Source: Syntrophorhabdaceae bacterium
Lineage (GTDB): Bacteria > Desulfobacterota > Syntrophorhabdia > Syntrophorhabdales > Syntrophorhabdaceae
DNA: 64,000 nucleotides
Assembly (NCBI GenBank): GCA_963666485.2
Contig: CAXXUO010000001.1
Location: forward strand, 768,001-832,000
Reading direction: 5' to 3'
The position numbers were made by a program, and so were the translations under genes. The notes under the pieces are model-generated. The model was not told where the DNA came from, did not search any database, and was given only the letters and a program-made list of their open reading frames with translations. Below, in pieces: positions 9,608-19,453 of this stretch; position 1 is the first letter of the stretch, and each line of letters starts with the position of its first letter.

Positions 9608-9668
9608 ATGCCCTGAATAATGAAGGGGGACCGGGAAAGTTTTCCGTTCCCCCGCGGCCTGGTGCATT

Positions 9669-10724
9669 CTATTTCAACAGCGGCGCGCCGTTATAGGTCA
9701 TCGAGCGGATAAGCTTCACGGATTTTTCCGAGGCTTCCTTCGACAGCGGGGCGTACTGGAGCGGTTCGAGGTATCTCTGGCCGTTCCCCACCATCCACAT
9801 AAGGAGCTTTGCGAGTGCTTCCGCGCGCTCTTTCGTCTTGCCGCCGTAATTCTGTTCCTTGTAAAAGATAAGCCAGGTAAAACTGCTGATCGGGTACCCG
9901 GCCGCGGCATCCGTGTTCGTAAGGGACTTGTTCGTATCATCCGGTATCGCGACGTTCGCCGCTGCCGTTACAGACTTGAGGCTGGGCTCGATGAATTTTC
10001 CCGCCTTGTTCTTGACATTGCCGTACGGCATCTTGTTCTGGACCGCGTAGAGGAGCTCGACATAGCCGATCGCCCCCGGGGTCTGCTTGACGTACCCGGC
10101 CACACCCGGGTTCCCCTTCTGGCCGATAGAGCCCGCCGGCCAGTTCACCGATTTCCCGAGGCCCATCTTTTCTTTCCACGGATCGCTCGTTTTGGCGAGG
10201 TACTCGGTGAAGATGAACGTGGTGCCGCTCGAATCCGCCCTGTGGACGGGGCTTATGGCGAGGTTGGGAAGAGCGGTCTTCGGGTTTACCGCTGTGATCT
10301 TCGGGTCGTTCCATTTCGTTATCGTCCCGAGAAAGATCCCTGCAATTATGTCCGAAGTGAGGTTGAGCCGCGGATTGCCGGGAAGGTTGTACGCCAGGAC
10401 AACCGCGCCGAGGCATGTCGGGATGTGCAGAACGGGTGCGCCGGCGGACTGAAGCTCTTTCTCTGTCATGTACGCATCTGTCCCGCCAAAATCTACGGTT
10501 TTCTTTATGAGCTGGTTGATGCCGCCACCGGAGCCGATGCCCTGGTAGTTGACCTTTACCTTGTACTGCTGGTAATACGCGTCGAACATCTTGGAATACA
10601 GCGGCTGGGGAAATGTGGCGCCCGCACCGAGGAGCTCCATATCGGCAGCCCGTACATAGCCTGTAAGAGCAAAGATAATGATAGCAAAAATTGTTACGAT
10701 ATTTCGCAATAGCCTGAAATTCAT
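9669..10724 (-). CDS. pstS: Phosphate-binding periplasmic protein
   Basis: 'GAGATFPQPLY', 'YQGIGSGGG', 'HRADSSGTT', 'GYPISSFTW'. Confidence 0.96.
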   Translation of the reverse strand: MNFRLLRNIVTIFAIIIFALTGYVRAADMELLGAGATFPQPLYSKMFDAYYQQYKVKVNYQGIGSGGGINQLIKKTVDFGGTDAYMTEKELQSAGAPVLHIPTCLGAVVLAYNLPGNPRLNLTSDIIAGIFLGTITKWNDPKITAVNPKTALPNLAISPVHRADSSGTTFIFTEYLAKTSDPWKEKMGLGKSVNWPAGSIGQKGNPGVAGYVKQTPGAIGYVELLYAVQNKMPYGNVKNKAGKFIEPSLKSVTAAANVAIPDDTNKSLTNTDAAAGYPISSFTWLIFYKEQNYGGKTKERAEALAKLLMWMVGNGQRYLEPLQYAPLSKEASEKSVKLIRSMTYNGAPLLK

Positions 10725-10770
10725 GATTTCCTCCTTAACAGGACCTTACTGCAATATAATTACTGACACC

Positions 10771-10809
10771 TGTTAAATTTGAAGGATTATTCCGTTAAGA
10801 AATGATTAA
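10771..10809 (-). promoter_or_regulatory. Pho-box-like direct repeats upstream of pstS
   Basis: Minus-strand TTAATC/TTAACG/TTAACA units at 11- and 22-bp spacing. Confidence 0.55.
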
Positions 10810-12548
10810 GATTGCGAATCAGGGCGTGCAGCAGGCAGCGACACGATAAAAGTGGACCCCTTGCCGAGGGTACTCTCGACATTGACCGTTCCCTCATGTA
10901 AAAGGACAATATGCTTGACGATAGAGAGCCCGAGACCGGTCCCGCCCATTTTTTTGGTCCGTGATTTATCGACCACGTAGAAACGCTCGAAGATGCGAGG
11001 CAAATGCCCGGCGGGTATGCCCGGACCGGTGTCTCTCACCGCGACGATCACATTGTCCCGCACGGCATTGATCTCGATCGTGATCTCCCCTGCTTCCGTG
11101 TATTTGATCGCGTTGTCCAGGAGGTTGATAAAAACCTGTTCGAGTTTGAAGGCGTCACCCATAACAGGCGGCACATCCTCCCCGGCCTTGACCTTTATGG
11201 AGAATCCTTTTTCCCGGGCCTGGTTGTCAAAGATCCGGAGGACCCTCTCGAGAAGCTGCGCCATGTCGACGGGTTCCGTAGTAGCCAGAAATTCTTTTTC
11301 CTCAAGCTTCGCAAGCGTCAAAAGGTCGCCGACAATATTGATAAGCCGGTCCGTATTGCGTTTTATGACCTCCAGGTAACGCCTGTTCTCATCGGTGATC
11401 GAGCTTTCATCTATGGTTTCGGCATATCCTTTTATAGATGTCAGGGGCGTGCGAAGCTCGTGCGAGACATTGAGGACAAAATCGCTCTTGATCTTTTCGA
11501 GCCGCCTTGTTTCGGTGATATCGTGAAAAACAAGGACGATACCGGCTTTTGCCCTGAGGAAGGATGCGCTGCACAGGAAGACCCTGTCATTTACAGCAAT
11601 CTCCCGATTCACATTGTGCTGTTCGCTGCGTACCGCTTTTATCAGGTCGTTGATCGCGGGCTCCCGGACCTCTTCCCAGAATGTCTTCCCTGTATCGATC
11701 GCGCGGCCGACAACGTTCACCAGGCTTTTATTCGTCAGGACAACCCGCTCCTCGCTATCAAGGACGAGCAGGCCTTCCTGCAGCGACGATATGATGCTGT
11801 TGAGCTCCTCTGTTTGGCGGGTAAGTTCGGCAAAAAGGCCCTGCATCTCATCCGTCATCGCGTTAAAACTGTCCGCGACCTGTTTAAGCTCATCCCTCGT
11901 CTTTAAGAGGACCCGGGTACTGAAATCGTGTCCGGCAACGCGCCGGATGGCGTCAGTCAATTCCTTCACCGGCCGGGATATGGTCCGGGCGAACAAAAAC
12001 GCCGCGATAAGAGCGATGGCGAGGACGATTACGGCCGTCAGCGCGATCCTTGTGTTGAGCCTTCCCGAAACAACCTTGATATCTCTGAGGAATTTGCTGG
12101 TCCGGATAACATAGTGGACCGTATTGCCTTTGTATACGGGTATAGCGATATACAGCATCTCCCGCCCGAGGGTATCGCTCAGGCGCAGGTATTTTCCCGT
12201 TTGTCCCTCGAGGGCCTGCGCGATCTCCGTCCGCGTCCGGTGATTCTCCATCCGTTTCGGGTCTTCCCGGGAATCGGCGATAACCCTGCCGTCGGGGTCG
12301 ACGACCGTGATCCGGGTAGTGACCTGTCTGCCAAGGGCCTTGATCGTTTCGTCGATCGGCCTGTCGGTAGGGGCCTCATTCAGAAGGCCCTTGATGACCG
12401 AGGCGGTCTCCTCTAATTCCTGGCCGGTGTATTCCATCTGGTAGTGCCGTATGAGGTAGGACGAGAAGAGGACCGTAAGACCGGAAAGGGCGACGATCAG
12501 CAGGACATAGCTTCCGAATATCTTAAGGAATATCGACCGTTTCATCAT
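10806..12548 (-). CDS. phoR: Phosphate regulon sensor histidine kinase
   Basis: TM-sCache-HAMP-PAS, 'NVSHELRTPLTSIKG', 'NLLDNAIKY', 'GGTGLGLSIVKH'; context. Confidence 0.9.
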   Translation of the reverse strand: MMKRSIFLKIFGSYVLLIVALSGLTVLFSSYLIRHYQMEYTGQELEETASVIKGLLNEAPTDRPIDETIKALGRQVTTRITVVDPDGRVIADSREDPKRMENHRTRTEIAQALEGQTGKYLRLSDTLGREMLYIAIPVYKGNTVHYVIRTSKFLRDIKVVSGRLNTRIALTAVIVLAIALIAAFLFARTISRPVKELTDAIRRVAGHDFSTRVLLKTRDELKQVADSFNAMTDEMQGLFAELTRQTEELNSIISSLQEGLLVLDSEERVVLTNKSLVNVVGRAIDTGKTFWEEVREPAINDLIKAVRSEQHNVNREIAVNDRVFLCSASFLRAKAGIVLVFHDITETRRLEKIKSDFVLNVSHELRTPLTSIKGYAETIDESSITDENRRYLEVIKRNTDRLINIVGDLLTLAKLEEKEFLATTEPVDMAQLLERVLRIFDNQAREKGFSIKVKAGEDVPPVMGDAFKLEQVFINLLDNAIKYTEAGEITIEINAVRDNVIVAVRDTGPGIPAGHLPRIFERFYVVDKSRTKKMGGTGLGLSIVKHIVLLHEGTVNVESTLGKGSTFIVSLPAARPDSQS

Positions 12549-13224
12549 CTATCCTGTAACCTGCCCCGCGGACATTCTTTATTATATGAGAGGCCTCTCC
12601 GAGCTTCTCGCGCAGGTGCCTGATGTGGACGTCCACCGTCCGGTCGATCACGAACTTTTCGTCGCCCCAGAGATAATTCAATATCTGGTCCCGGGTCTGA
12701 ATGCGCCCCTGCCTCGTCGCCAGCAAATGCAGTATCTTGAACTCCGAGGGTGTAAGGTCGACCGGCCTTCCTTTCACGCGGACCTCGCGCCTTTCGATGT
12801 CTATGGCGACATCGCCGACCATTAATCTCCCGGCGTCCACATCAGCCCGGATACGTCGCCGCAACACTGCCCGGACACGGGCGACCAGTTCCCGCGTCGA
12901 GAAAGGCTTCGTCACATAATCGTCCGCTCCCAGTTCAAGACCGATCACCTTGTCGATCTCCTCCGCTTTCGCGGTCAGCATAATGATGGGGATCGATGCG
13001 AACCTTTCGTTCCCCCGAAGGTATTTGCATACCTGCAGGCCGTCAATGTCGGGCAGCATGAGGTCGAGTATGACGAGGTCGGGTGCCTCTTTTCCCAGGG
13101 ACCGATAGAAAGATTCCGCTTCGGTAAATCCGCGGACACGGAAATTGGCTTTCTTGAGGTGTATCGAAACGAGCTCCAGTATATCCGGCTCATCGTCGAC
13201 AACAGCGATCAGTTCATGGGGCAT
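12523..13224 (-). CDS. phoB: OmpR/PhoB-family response regulator
   Basis: REC 'LDLMLPDIDG', 'GADDYVTKPF', winged helix 'RTVDVHIRHLREKL'. Confidence 0.9.
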   Translation of the reverse strand: MPHELIAVVDDEPDILELVSIHLKKANFRVRGFTEAESFYRSLGKEAPDLVILDLMLPDIDGLQVCKYLRGNERFASIPIIMLTAKAEEIDKVIGLELGADDYVTKPFSTRELVARVRAVLRRRIRADVDAGRLMVGDVAIDIERREVRVKGRPVDLTPSEFKILHLLATRQGRIQTRDQILNYLWGDEKFVIDRTVDVHIRHLREKLGEASHIIKNVRGAGYRIDDETVDIP

Positions 13225-13301
13225 ACTGTGATATTACCTCATCCGCACAATTTGTAAAACCGGGATCCGCCCTGCCTTTCCCGGTAATTGTAAAATGGTA
13301 A

Positions 13302-13318
13302 TGTTAATTTTTGATTAA
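13302..13318 (-). promoter_or_regulatory. Pho-box-like pair upstream of phoB
   Basis: TGTTAA-N5-GATTAA (+ strand), same arrangement as CGTTAA-N5-GATTAA at 10793-10809. Confidence 0.5.
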
Positions 13319-13538
13319 TTTGTCCGGCACCTGTCATTATCAAGGGCTTATATCCGGCTTCCTGCGCCCTATGAATTTTTATCTTGAAATTCCCGACTGT
13401 TATACAGGACAATATTCCCGCGGTATAACGAAAAAGCTTCATTGCCACAGACGACCGGAACTGCCAGGAGTATTACTCCCCTTTTTGTCTTTAGCAGGAG
13501 ATAGACGTTCTTCACCGTGGCGAAGAGATCTGAGAGTT

Positions 13539-15590
13539 ATGGTCACGACACAGATCAGCAATGTTTTGAAGGAAAGCAGGGAATCCATCACCCGTGAATG
13601 GACGGGCGTGCTTGAGGCCGAAAAGAACGGTACTTTTTCCGCCCTGTTCAAAGAAAATGCTTCCTATACCATCGAACAGGCGGCCGACGCCTTCCTCGCA
13701 TTCATTATCAACGACGACGCCCCGGTGATCGATCCGCTCATCCGCGAACTGGCAAAGACGGGTTTCCGGTCACAACTTCCCGCATCGGATGCCTACAGGG
13801 CCTTCGAGATGTTCCGCTCGCTCGTCATGCCGCTCATGGTCGCCCGGCTCGAGAAGGATATCGCTATTCAGGCCATAGAGCGCCTGAATTCCGCATTGAG
13901 CCGCGTATGCCGGGCATACAGCGATTATCGCCAACTCCTGCAGGAAACAGATCTGTCGGTATACGCGAGGAGGCTCGAGCACAACGCCGCGGAACGGGAG
14001 GAACAGTTCCGCGAATCGGAAAGCAAGTTCCGCGACCTTGCCGAGAAGGCGACGGTGGGCATCTACCTGATACAGGACGACGTCTTCCCGTACGTGAACC
14101 GGAGGTTCGCCCAGATCGCGGGTTACACCGTGGAGCAGATGGCGGGGAAGATCGGGCCGAGGGACATCGTCCTTCCCGAGGACTGGCCGCTCGTGGACGA
14201 GAACATGCGCCGCCGGCTGTCGGGCGAGCTGGACTGCACGTATGCTGAATTCCGGCTTGTCGCCAGAGGGGGGCACGTAAGGAACGTCGAGGTGTACAGT
14301 GCCCAGACGACATACCAGGGACGGTCCGCGATCATCGGGACCCTGATCGATGTCAGTGAGCGCAAGGCGTTCCGGGACGCCCTCGAAAGGTCGGAGAAGA
14401 AATACCGGGGGCTGTTCGAAAAACTGCCCGACGGATTCACCCTCGTCGGCATGGACAAGAAGTTCATAGACATCAACCCCGCGTTTTGCGCGATGTCGGG
14501 CTATACGCGGGAGGAGCTCCTCGAGTTGAAATACCCGGACATAACGCCGAAAAAATGGCACGCGCGCCAGGACCGGGTCATAGAGAGCCAGGTCTTGAGC
14601 CGGGGATATTCCGACGTGTTCGAAAAGGAGTATATCAAAAAGGACGGCACGGTATTCCCCATCGAGGTACGGGCCCACCTCGACCGCGACGAAAAGGGGA
14701 AACCGCTGCAGATGTGGGGTTTCGTCCGTGACATATCACAGCGCAAGGAAGCGGAAAAGGCCCTCAAGTGGGAGGAGTTGAAGTACAAGATACTTTTCGA
14801 ATCGTCAAACGATGCCATCCTGCTGATGAAAGACGATTCCTGCATCGATTGCAATACGAAGGCCTGGGAGATGTTCGGCCGGACAAAGAAGCAGATGATC
14901 GGCCAGAAGCTTTTCATGTTCTCGCCGCGCACGCAGGGCGACGGGTCCGACTCCCAGGAGTCTGCGGCGCAAAAGATAAACGCGGCGCTGAACGGCAATT
15001 TTCAGTTCTTCGAATGGCGTTTTTACCGCTCCGAAGGCACTTTTTTCGATGCGGAGGTGAGCCTCAACGGTTTCGACCTCGCCGGGGAGCACCTGATCCA
15101 ATGCATCATCCGCGACATTACGGTCAGGAAGCTTTTCGAGGAAGAGGCACGAAAGAAATCGAAAGACCTCGAGGATGTCAACGCGGCCCTGAGGGTCCTG
15201 CTCAAGCAAAGGGAAAAGGACCGGGAGGAACTGGAAGAGCTTGTACTCCAGAATGTCCGCGAGCTCATACTGCCGTACGTGGACAAGCTCAAGCGGCACA
15301 AGCTCGACCCGCAGCAAAGATCCTATATGAATGTGCTCGAAACCAACCTGAGGAACATCATTTCGCCTTTTACACGGAAGATGACGTCTATCGACGTTTA
15401 TTTCACCCCTACCGAACTCAGGGTCGCCCATCTCATACGGGAGGGCAAGACCGCCAAGGAGATCGCGCAGCTGCTCGGCGTCTCTGAAAGCGCGATCAAT
15501 CTCCACAGGCAGAAGATCAGGAACAAGCTGGGGCTGAATAATATGAAGGTCAACCTGAGCGCATACCTCATCTCCTCCTTCGACAGCTGA
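13539..15590 (+). CDS. Multi-PAS LuxR-family transcriptional regulator
   Basis: N-terminal helical domain, three PAS/PAC repeats, C-terminal 'FTPTELRVAHLIREGKTAKEIA..HRQKIRNKL'. Confidence 0.9.
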   Translation: MVTTQISNVLKESRESITREWTGVLEAEKNGTFSALFKENASYTIEQAADAFLAFIINDDAPVIDPLIRELAKTGFRSQLPASDAYRAFEMFRSLVMPLMVARLEKDIAIQAIERLNSALSRVCRAYSDYRQLLQETDLSVYARRLEHNAAEREEQFRESESKFRDLAEKATVGIYLIQDDVFPYVNRRFAQIAGYTVEQMAGKIGPRDIVLPEDWPLVDENMRRRLSGELDCTYAEFRLVARGGHVRNVEVYSAQTTYQGRSAIIGTLIDVSERKAFRDALERSEKKYRGLFEKLPDGFTLVGMDKKFIDINPAFCAMSGYTREELLELKYPDITPKKWHARQDRVIESQVLSRGYSDVFEKEYIKKDGTVFPIEVRAHLDRDEKGKPLQMWGFVRDISQRKEAEKALKWEELKYKILFESSNDAILLMKDDSCIDCNTKAWEMFGRTKKQMIGQKLFMFSPRTQGDGSDSQESAAQKINAALNGNFQFFEWRFYRSEGTFFDAEVSLNGFDLAGEHLIQCIIRDITVRKLFEEEARKKSKDLEDVNAALRVLLKQREKDREELEELVLQNVRELILPYVDKLKRHKLDPQQRSYMNVLETNLRNIISPFTRKMTSIDVYFTPTELRVAHLIREGKTAKEIAQLLGVSESAINLHRQKIRNKLGLNNMKVNLSAYLISSFDS

Positions 15591-15891
15591 TAATAAACAT
15601 CTGATACTTCAATATTTACATCACCTTTGCCCGCCCGTTGTCCTTGAGGTCAGGGCTTTCCTCCCGGGAGAGAAGCTACCAGTACGCTATTAGTTGCTAT
15701 CATTTTTATACCAGCTCATTCTGTCAGTCATCTATAATTTTTCTGTTAGCAAAGCCAGCCTGTTTTCGGGGTATTTAGGTAGTATGTTTCCGCTTATGCG
15801 CCACATTGGGTGTGGCGCGGCCGCCTTCGAATCACCGGGATGGACGGCACATGAGCGGGCTAAAAAATATTCGGGATCACAGGGGGTTATT

Positions 15892-17133
15892 ATGCATTAC
15901 GCGTGGATCATTGCGCTTACCGGAACACTTGTTGTCTTGCTTGCCCATGGCTTCGGAAGGATGTCGTATTCCGTACTGCTTCCCGCCATGAGGGACGGCC
16001 TTCACTTCAGCTACACACAGCTTGGCCTCATCGGGACGGGGAATTTTATCGGGTACCTGTCGCTTTCCATTGTCGGCGGGTTCCTTGCAGCCCGCTTCGG
16101 CGTACGAAGGGTGGTCTTCGCATCACTCATCATACTCGGTATCAGCATCTTCCTCACGGGATTTACGAATTCATTTGTCTATGCCTTTGCGACCCGGCTT
16201 ATCACCGGCCTCGGGAACGGCGGCGCCTTCGTCCCCATCATGGCCCTGCCCGCCGCGTGGTTCGCCGCCAAGAAAAGGGGCCTCGCAACGGGCATCGTCA
16301 CGATGGGGGTCGGAATGGGCCTTTCCCTCTCCGGCATTATCCTTCCCTTCTTTCTCGGAAAGTACGGGGTCCAGGGATGGAGATACGCATGGTTCCTCAT
16401 GGGCGCAATCGCGACGGTCCTCTCCCTCGCCTGTTATTTTCTCCTGCGCGACCACCCGCGTGAAAAAGGGCTTGCCTTATACGGCGCGCCCATCATGGAC
16501 GGCGGCGAAGAGGAGGCCAAAAAAGAACCCGCCCCGAACATGTTCTCCGCATTCAAGAATGTCGTCGGGAACTCGGAGCTCTGGAAGCTCGGCACCGTTT
16601 ACATGATGTACGGGTTTTCTTACATTATTTACCTGACGTTCATTGTCGCCTATCTCAATAAAGAGATCGGCATCGGGGCGGCGCGGGCGGGCCAGATATT
16701 CGCGTTCCTCGGTTTCGTCAGCATCTTCTGCGGCGTCTTCTGGGGCGGCATCTCCGATTTCGTGGGGCGGCGCTACGGCTCGTTCCTCGCCTATATGACA
16801 CTCACGGCAGCCTACTTCATCATCGTCTTCTCCCGGGGCAGCGTTGGTTTTTACGTCTCGGCGTCGCTGTTCGGCATCACCGCCTTTGCCGTCCCGGTGA
16901 TCATGGCGGCTGCGGCCGGGGATGCGGTCGGCGGCAAGCTTGCACCTGCCGCCCTGGGCTTTATCACCCTCTTCTTCGGCATCGGCCAGGCATTCGGCCC
17001 GGCTGTCGGCGGATGGATCAAGGACCTCACCGGATCGTTCACGAACGCATTCCTGCTCTGTGCGGTCGTTTCGGCGATAGGCACTTTCAGCTCTCTCATG
17101 CTTCGGAAAAAATACCAGGCAGTCCGCACGTAA
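15892..17133 (+). CDS. MFS transporter (YbfB/YjiJ-like)
   Basis: 12 TM helices, 'GFGRMSYSVLLPAMR', 'GGISDFVGRR'. Confidence 0.9.
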   Translation: MHYAWIIALTGTLVVLLAHGFGRMSYSVLLPAMRDGLHFSYTQLGLIGTGNFIGYLSLSIVGGFLAARFGVRRVVFASLIILGISIFLTGFTNSFVYAFATRLITGLGNGGAFVPIMALPAAWFAAKKRGLATGIVTMGVGMGLSLSGIILPFFLGKYGVQGWRYAWFLMGAIATVLSLACYFLLRDHPREKGLALYGAPIMDGGEEEAKKEPAPNMFSAFKNVVGNSELWKLGTVYMMYGFSYIIYLTFIVAYLNKEIGIGAARAGQIFAFLGFVSIFCGVFWGGISDFVGRRYGSFLAYMTLTAAYFIIVFSRGSVGFYVSASLFGITAFAVPVIMAAAAGDAVGGKLAPAALGFITLFFGIGQAFGPAVGGWIKDLTGSFTNAFLLCAVVSAIGTFSSLMLRKKYQAVRT

Positions 17134-17145
17134 GGCAGGTGAAAT

Positions 17146-17700
17146 ATGGAAACGGCTATGACAGCAAACGGCCTCCTGTTAACCGGGGGCCAGATCTTCG
17201 AAGAGACCGAAGAAGACACAATAGCACAGGGAGGGGCCATATCCGATGCACTGCGCTGGGCTGTGTTCACGCCCACCGCCCTCGGGTTGCTCGGCCATTT
17301 CCGGACCGAGAAAGAAGGAAAGAATGCCGGCCGGTTCAACATAAAGACCCACGGGCTCGATCCCCTGATCGCATCCGTACGCGCCTTTGCGGCATCGAAA
17401 GGCATCGCGGAGCATGACGCCTTGAAATGCATATTCCTGCTCAGGATGAGGCGGTTCATATCGGCCGAGATGGAAAGCGCGCTGGCGGAGGCCTATGAAT
17501 CCCTGATGGACCACCTGCTGGCCCATTACGGCAGGTCCGGCGACACCGGCGGATGGGTCCGCCCGTCGCTCCTTGACCGGCATACGCACATGCAGATACG
17601 TGATGCCATGGAGACCGTGGAATGCTTCCAGAAATACATTTATGACGACGGGATCGGGGAACTGATCACAGACGCCGGCCTGCCGCTGAAGACCCTGTAA
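17146..17700 (+). CDS. Stand-alone DUF294 C-terminal (nucleotidyltransferase substrate-binding) domain protein
   Basis: 'LGLLGHFRTEKEG..GRFNIKTHGLDPLIASVRAFA..AEAYESL' resembles DUF294_C. Confidence 0.6.
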   Translation: METAMTANGLLLTGGQIFEETEEDTIAQGGAISDALRWAVFTPTALGLLGHFRTEKEGKNAGRFNIKTHGLDPLIASVRAFAASKGIAEHDALKCIFLLRMRRFISAEMESALAEAYESLMDHLLAHYGRSGDTGGWVRPSLLDRHTHMQIRDAMETVECFQKYIYDDGIGELITDAGLPLKTL

Positions 17701-17707
17701 ACAGGAT

Positions 17708-18322
17708 CTAAAGCATGATGTTGAGGGACGGGGCCAGCCGGGGGTCGTCCTCTGAAATCTCCAAGAGGGGCTTTGAGAGGCGCGATAGCGTCGCCCGACA
17801 ACTATCGCAAAGCTCAAAGCCCTTTTTGTCCGTATCATCGATCGTGCGGGAAAAGGACATGACGCACCCGGGATCGAAGCAATGTTTCATTCGGTATGAA
17901 TGGACAGCCTCGTGCACGGCCTCTGTCAGCACCCGCCTGGTAAAAAGGCCCCTGTCCGCATCGAGACCGTAAAATTCCTGTCTTAAACGCGTGATCGAGA
18001 CGAGCGCAGCCCTTCCGAGCGCCGCCCCGAAGACAAAGGTCAGATCGGGAATATAGAGGTCGAAGTCGATAACGCCGAGGACATGTTCCCGGGGGTCCGC
18101 TTCCTGTTCCGCAAGGGCATTCAGTATGGCCTCGGCGGAATATTGGGCGCGCCCGGCATCAAAGGCTTCACGGGGCGGCTCGATGACATCGCCCGACCGG
18201 ACATCGGCCGGGAGGGCCTGACCGATATCCCGTTTTAATATTTCGATGATACCCGGCTCTACAGGCCCGACCGGGATGATCCGCAACTTGATATCGGGCC
18301 CCTCTTCAATTCCCGTTTCCAT
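17708..18322 (-). CDS. Archaemetzincin-family Zn metalloprotease (peptidase M54)
   Basis: 'DLYIPDLTFVFG', 'HEAVHSYRMKHCFDPGCVM', 'LCDSC'. Confidence 0.85.
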   Translation of the reverse strand: METGIEEGPDIKLRIIPVGPVEPGIIEILKRDIGQALPADVRSGDVIEPPREAFDAGRAQYSAEAILNALAEQEADPREHVLGVIDFDLYIPDLTFVFGAALGRAALVSITRLRQEFYGLDADRGLFTRRVLTEAVHEAVHSYRMKHCFDPGCVMSFSRTIDDTDKKGFELCDSCRATLSRLSKPLLEISEDDPRLAPSLNIML

Positions 18323-18378
18323 GTATACCTTTCAAACGGCATTCCGTTATATCCCGCTTTATTTCCCGCGAACATTCT

Positions 18379-19407
18379 TCAGGAGGTGACAACCGCCCCG
18401 CGGTGATCGTCCCGGATGATGCCGCATATCTTTTCCGCCTTCTCCGAGTAAAGCCGGATGCCTTCCCAGTTGGGCCTGACGGCGACCTTCTGCATCAGGA
18501 GGCCATCCGTGCCGAACCACCGGGGCAGGACGCCCCCGAAGAAATATCCCCGGCCCCTGAGATACTCGGTCAATTGCCCGATCCACGGCCAGGCAAGGTT
18601 GAGCCACACCTGGATGACGATCATGCCCTTGCCGAGGGCCTCTTCCTCGTGATGTTCGAATATATCCGCAAAATCCGTCCCGGCGTTAAAGACGGTAAGG
18701 CGCGCCACCGAGGCAAATTCAAAGAGGTGGCTTTCGATGGAAGTTCCCGCGCTTCCCGGAGATGCACTTTCTGCCTGTGCCACAGTCGCGCCGCTATCGA
18801 AACCGTCATACATGAACCGGATCGCTTCTTCATACCGTTCGGGTGCATAGACAATGTGGTCCAGGGGACGGTACATCCGGGTCATGTGCAGGGACGCCAC
18901 CCGGCCCGTGGCGCTGCCTTCCCTGGCGTAGGCCTCAGCCGGCATGAGGTCGATCTCGAGGGCCGTCTCGATCGCCCCCTCGTTGGACCAGGCCTTCTGC
19001 ATGTAGGGGTGATTGCAGACCGCCTCGCCAAAGACGGCGTCCGCGTCATACTGCGGCGCGGCTACTTCCGCGAAATAACGGTTCATTACCTGTGCGATCC
19101 CGTGATTGCGGTAGTCGGCGCGCACGAGTCCCTGCCCGCCCTCGTAGACCTTTTTACTCGGCGCAGACCTGAAGAGGCTCACGTATCCCACGATCCCTCC
19201 CTTCGAGGAGCGGGCGACGGTGGGTACGTTCTCCCCGTTCCTGAAGGCCTCCACGAGTTCCTCCGGTTCATACACCAGCTTGACAGGATAGTCATCGCCG
19301 TAGACGCTGCGAAAAAGCTCCCCGACGTCCGCGGCGTCGCCCGGCTGAAAAATGCCGACGGTTATCCGCTCGTCGGGTTTGATATCAACGATATAGGGGT
19401 CCACCAT
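18379..19407 (-). CDS. GNAT-family N-acetyltransferase
   Basis: Acetyl-CoA motif 'VRADYRNHGIA'; 'YGDDYP'. Confidence 0.8.
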   Translation of the reverse strand: MVDPYIVDIKPDERITVGIFQPGDAADVGELFRSVYGDDYPVKLVYEPEELVEAFRNGENVPTVARSSKGGIVGYVSLFRSAPSKKVYEGGQGLVRADYRNHGIAQVMNRYFAEVAAPQYDADAVFGEAVCNHPYMQKAWSNEGAIETALEIDLMPAEAYAREGSATGRVASLHMTRMYRPLDHIVYAPERYEEAIRFMYDGFDSGATVAQAESASPGSAGTSIESHLFEFASVARLTVFNAGTDFADIFEHHEEEALGKGMIVIQVWLNLAWPWIGQLTEYLRGRGYFFGGVLPRWFGTDGLLMQKVAVRPNWEGIRLYSEKAEKICGIIRDDHRGAVVTS

Positions 19408-19453
19408 TTTCCCTCCTTACCCACTTTCTTGTACATCACGGGCACAGATCCCG

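Noticed and set aside
9625..9655. Hairpin between pstS and pstC
   Set aside because: Likely an ordinary mRNA-stabilising stem of a pst operon.
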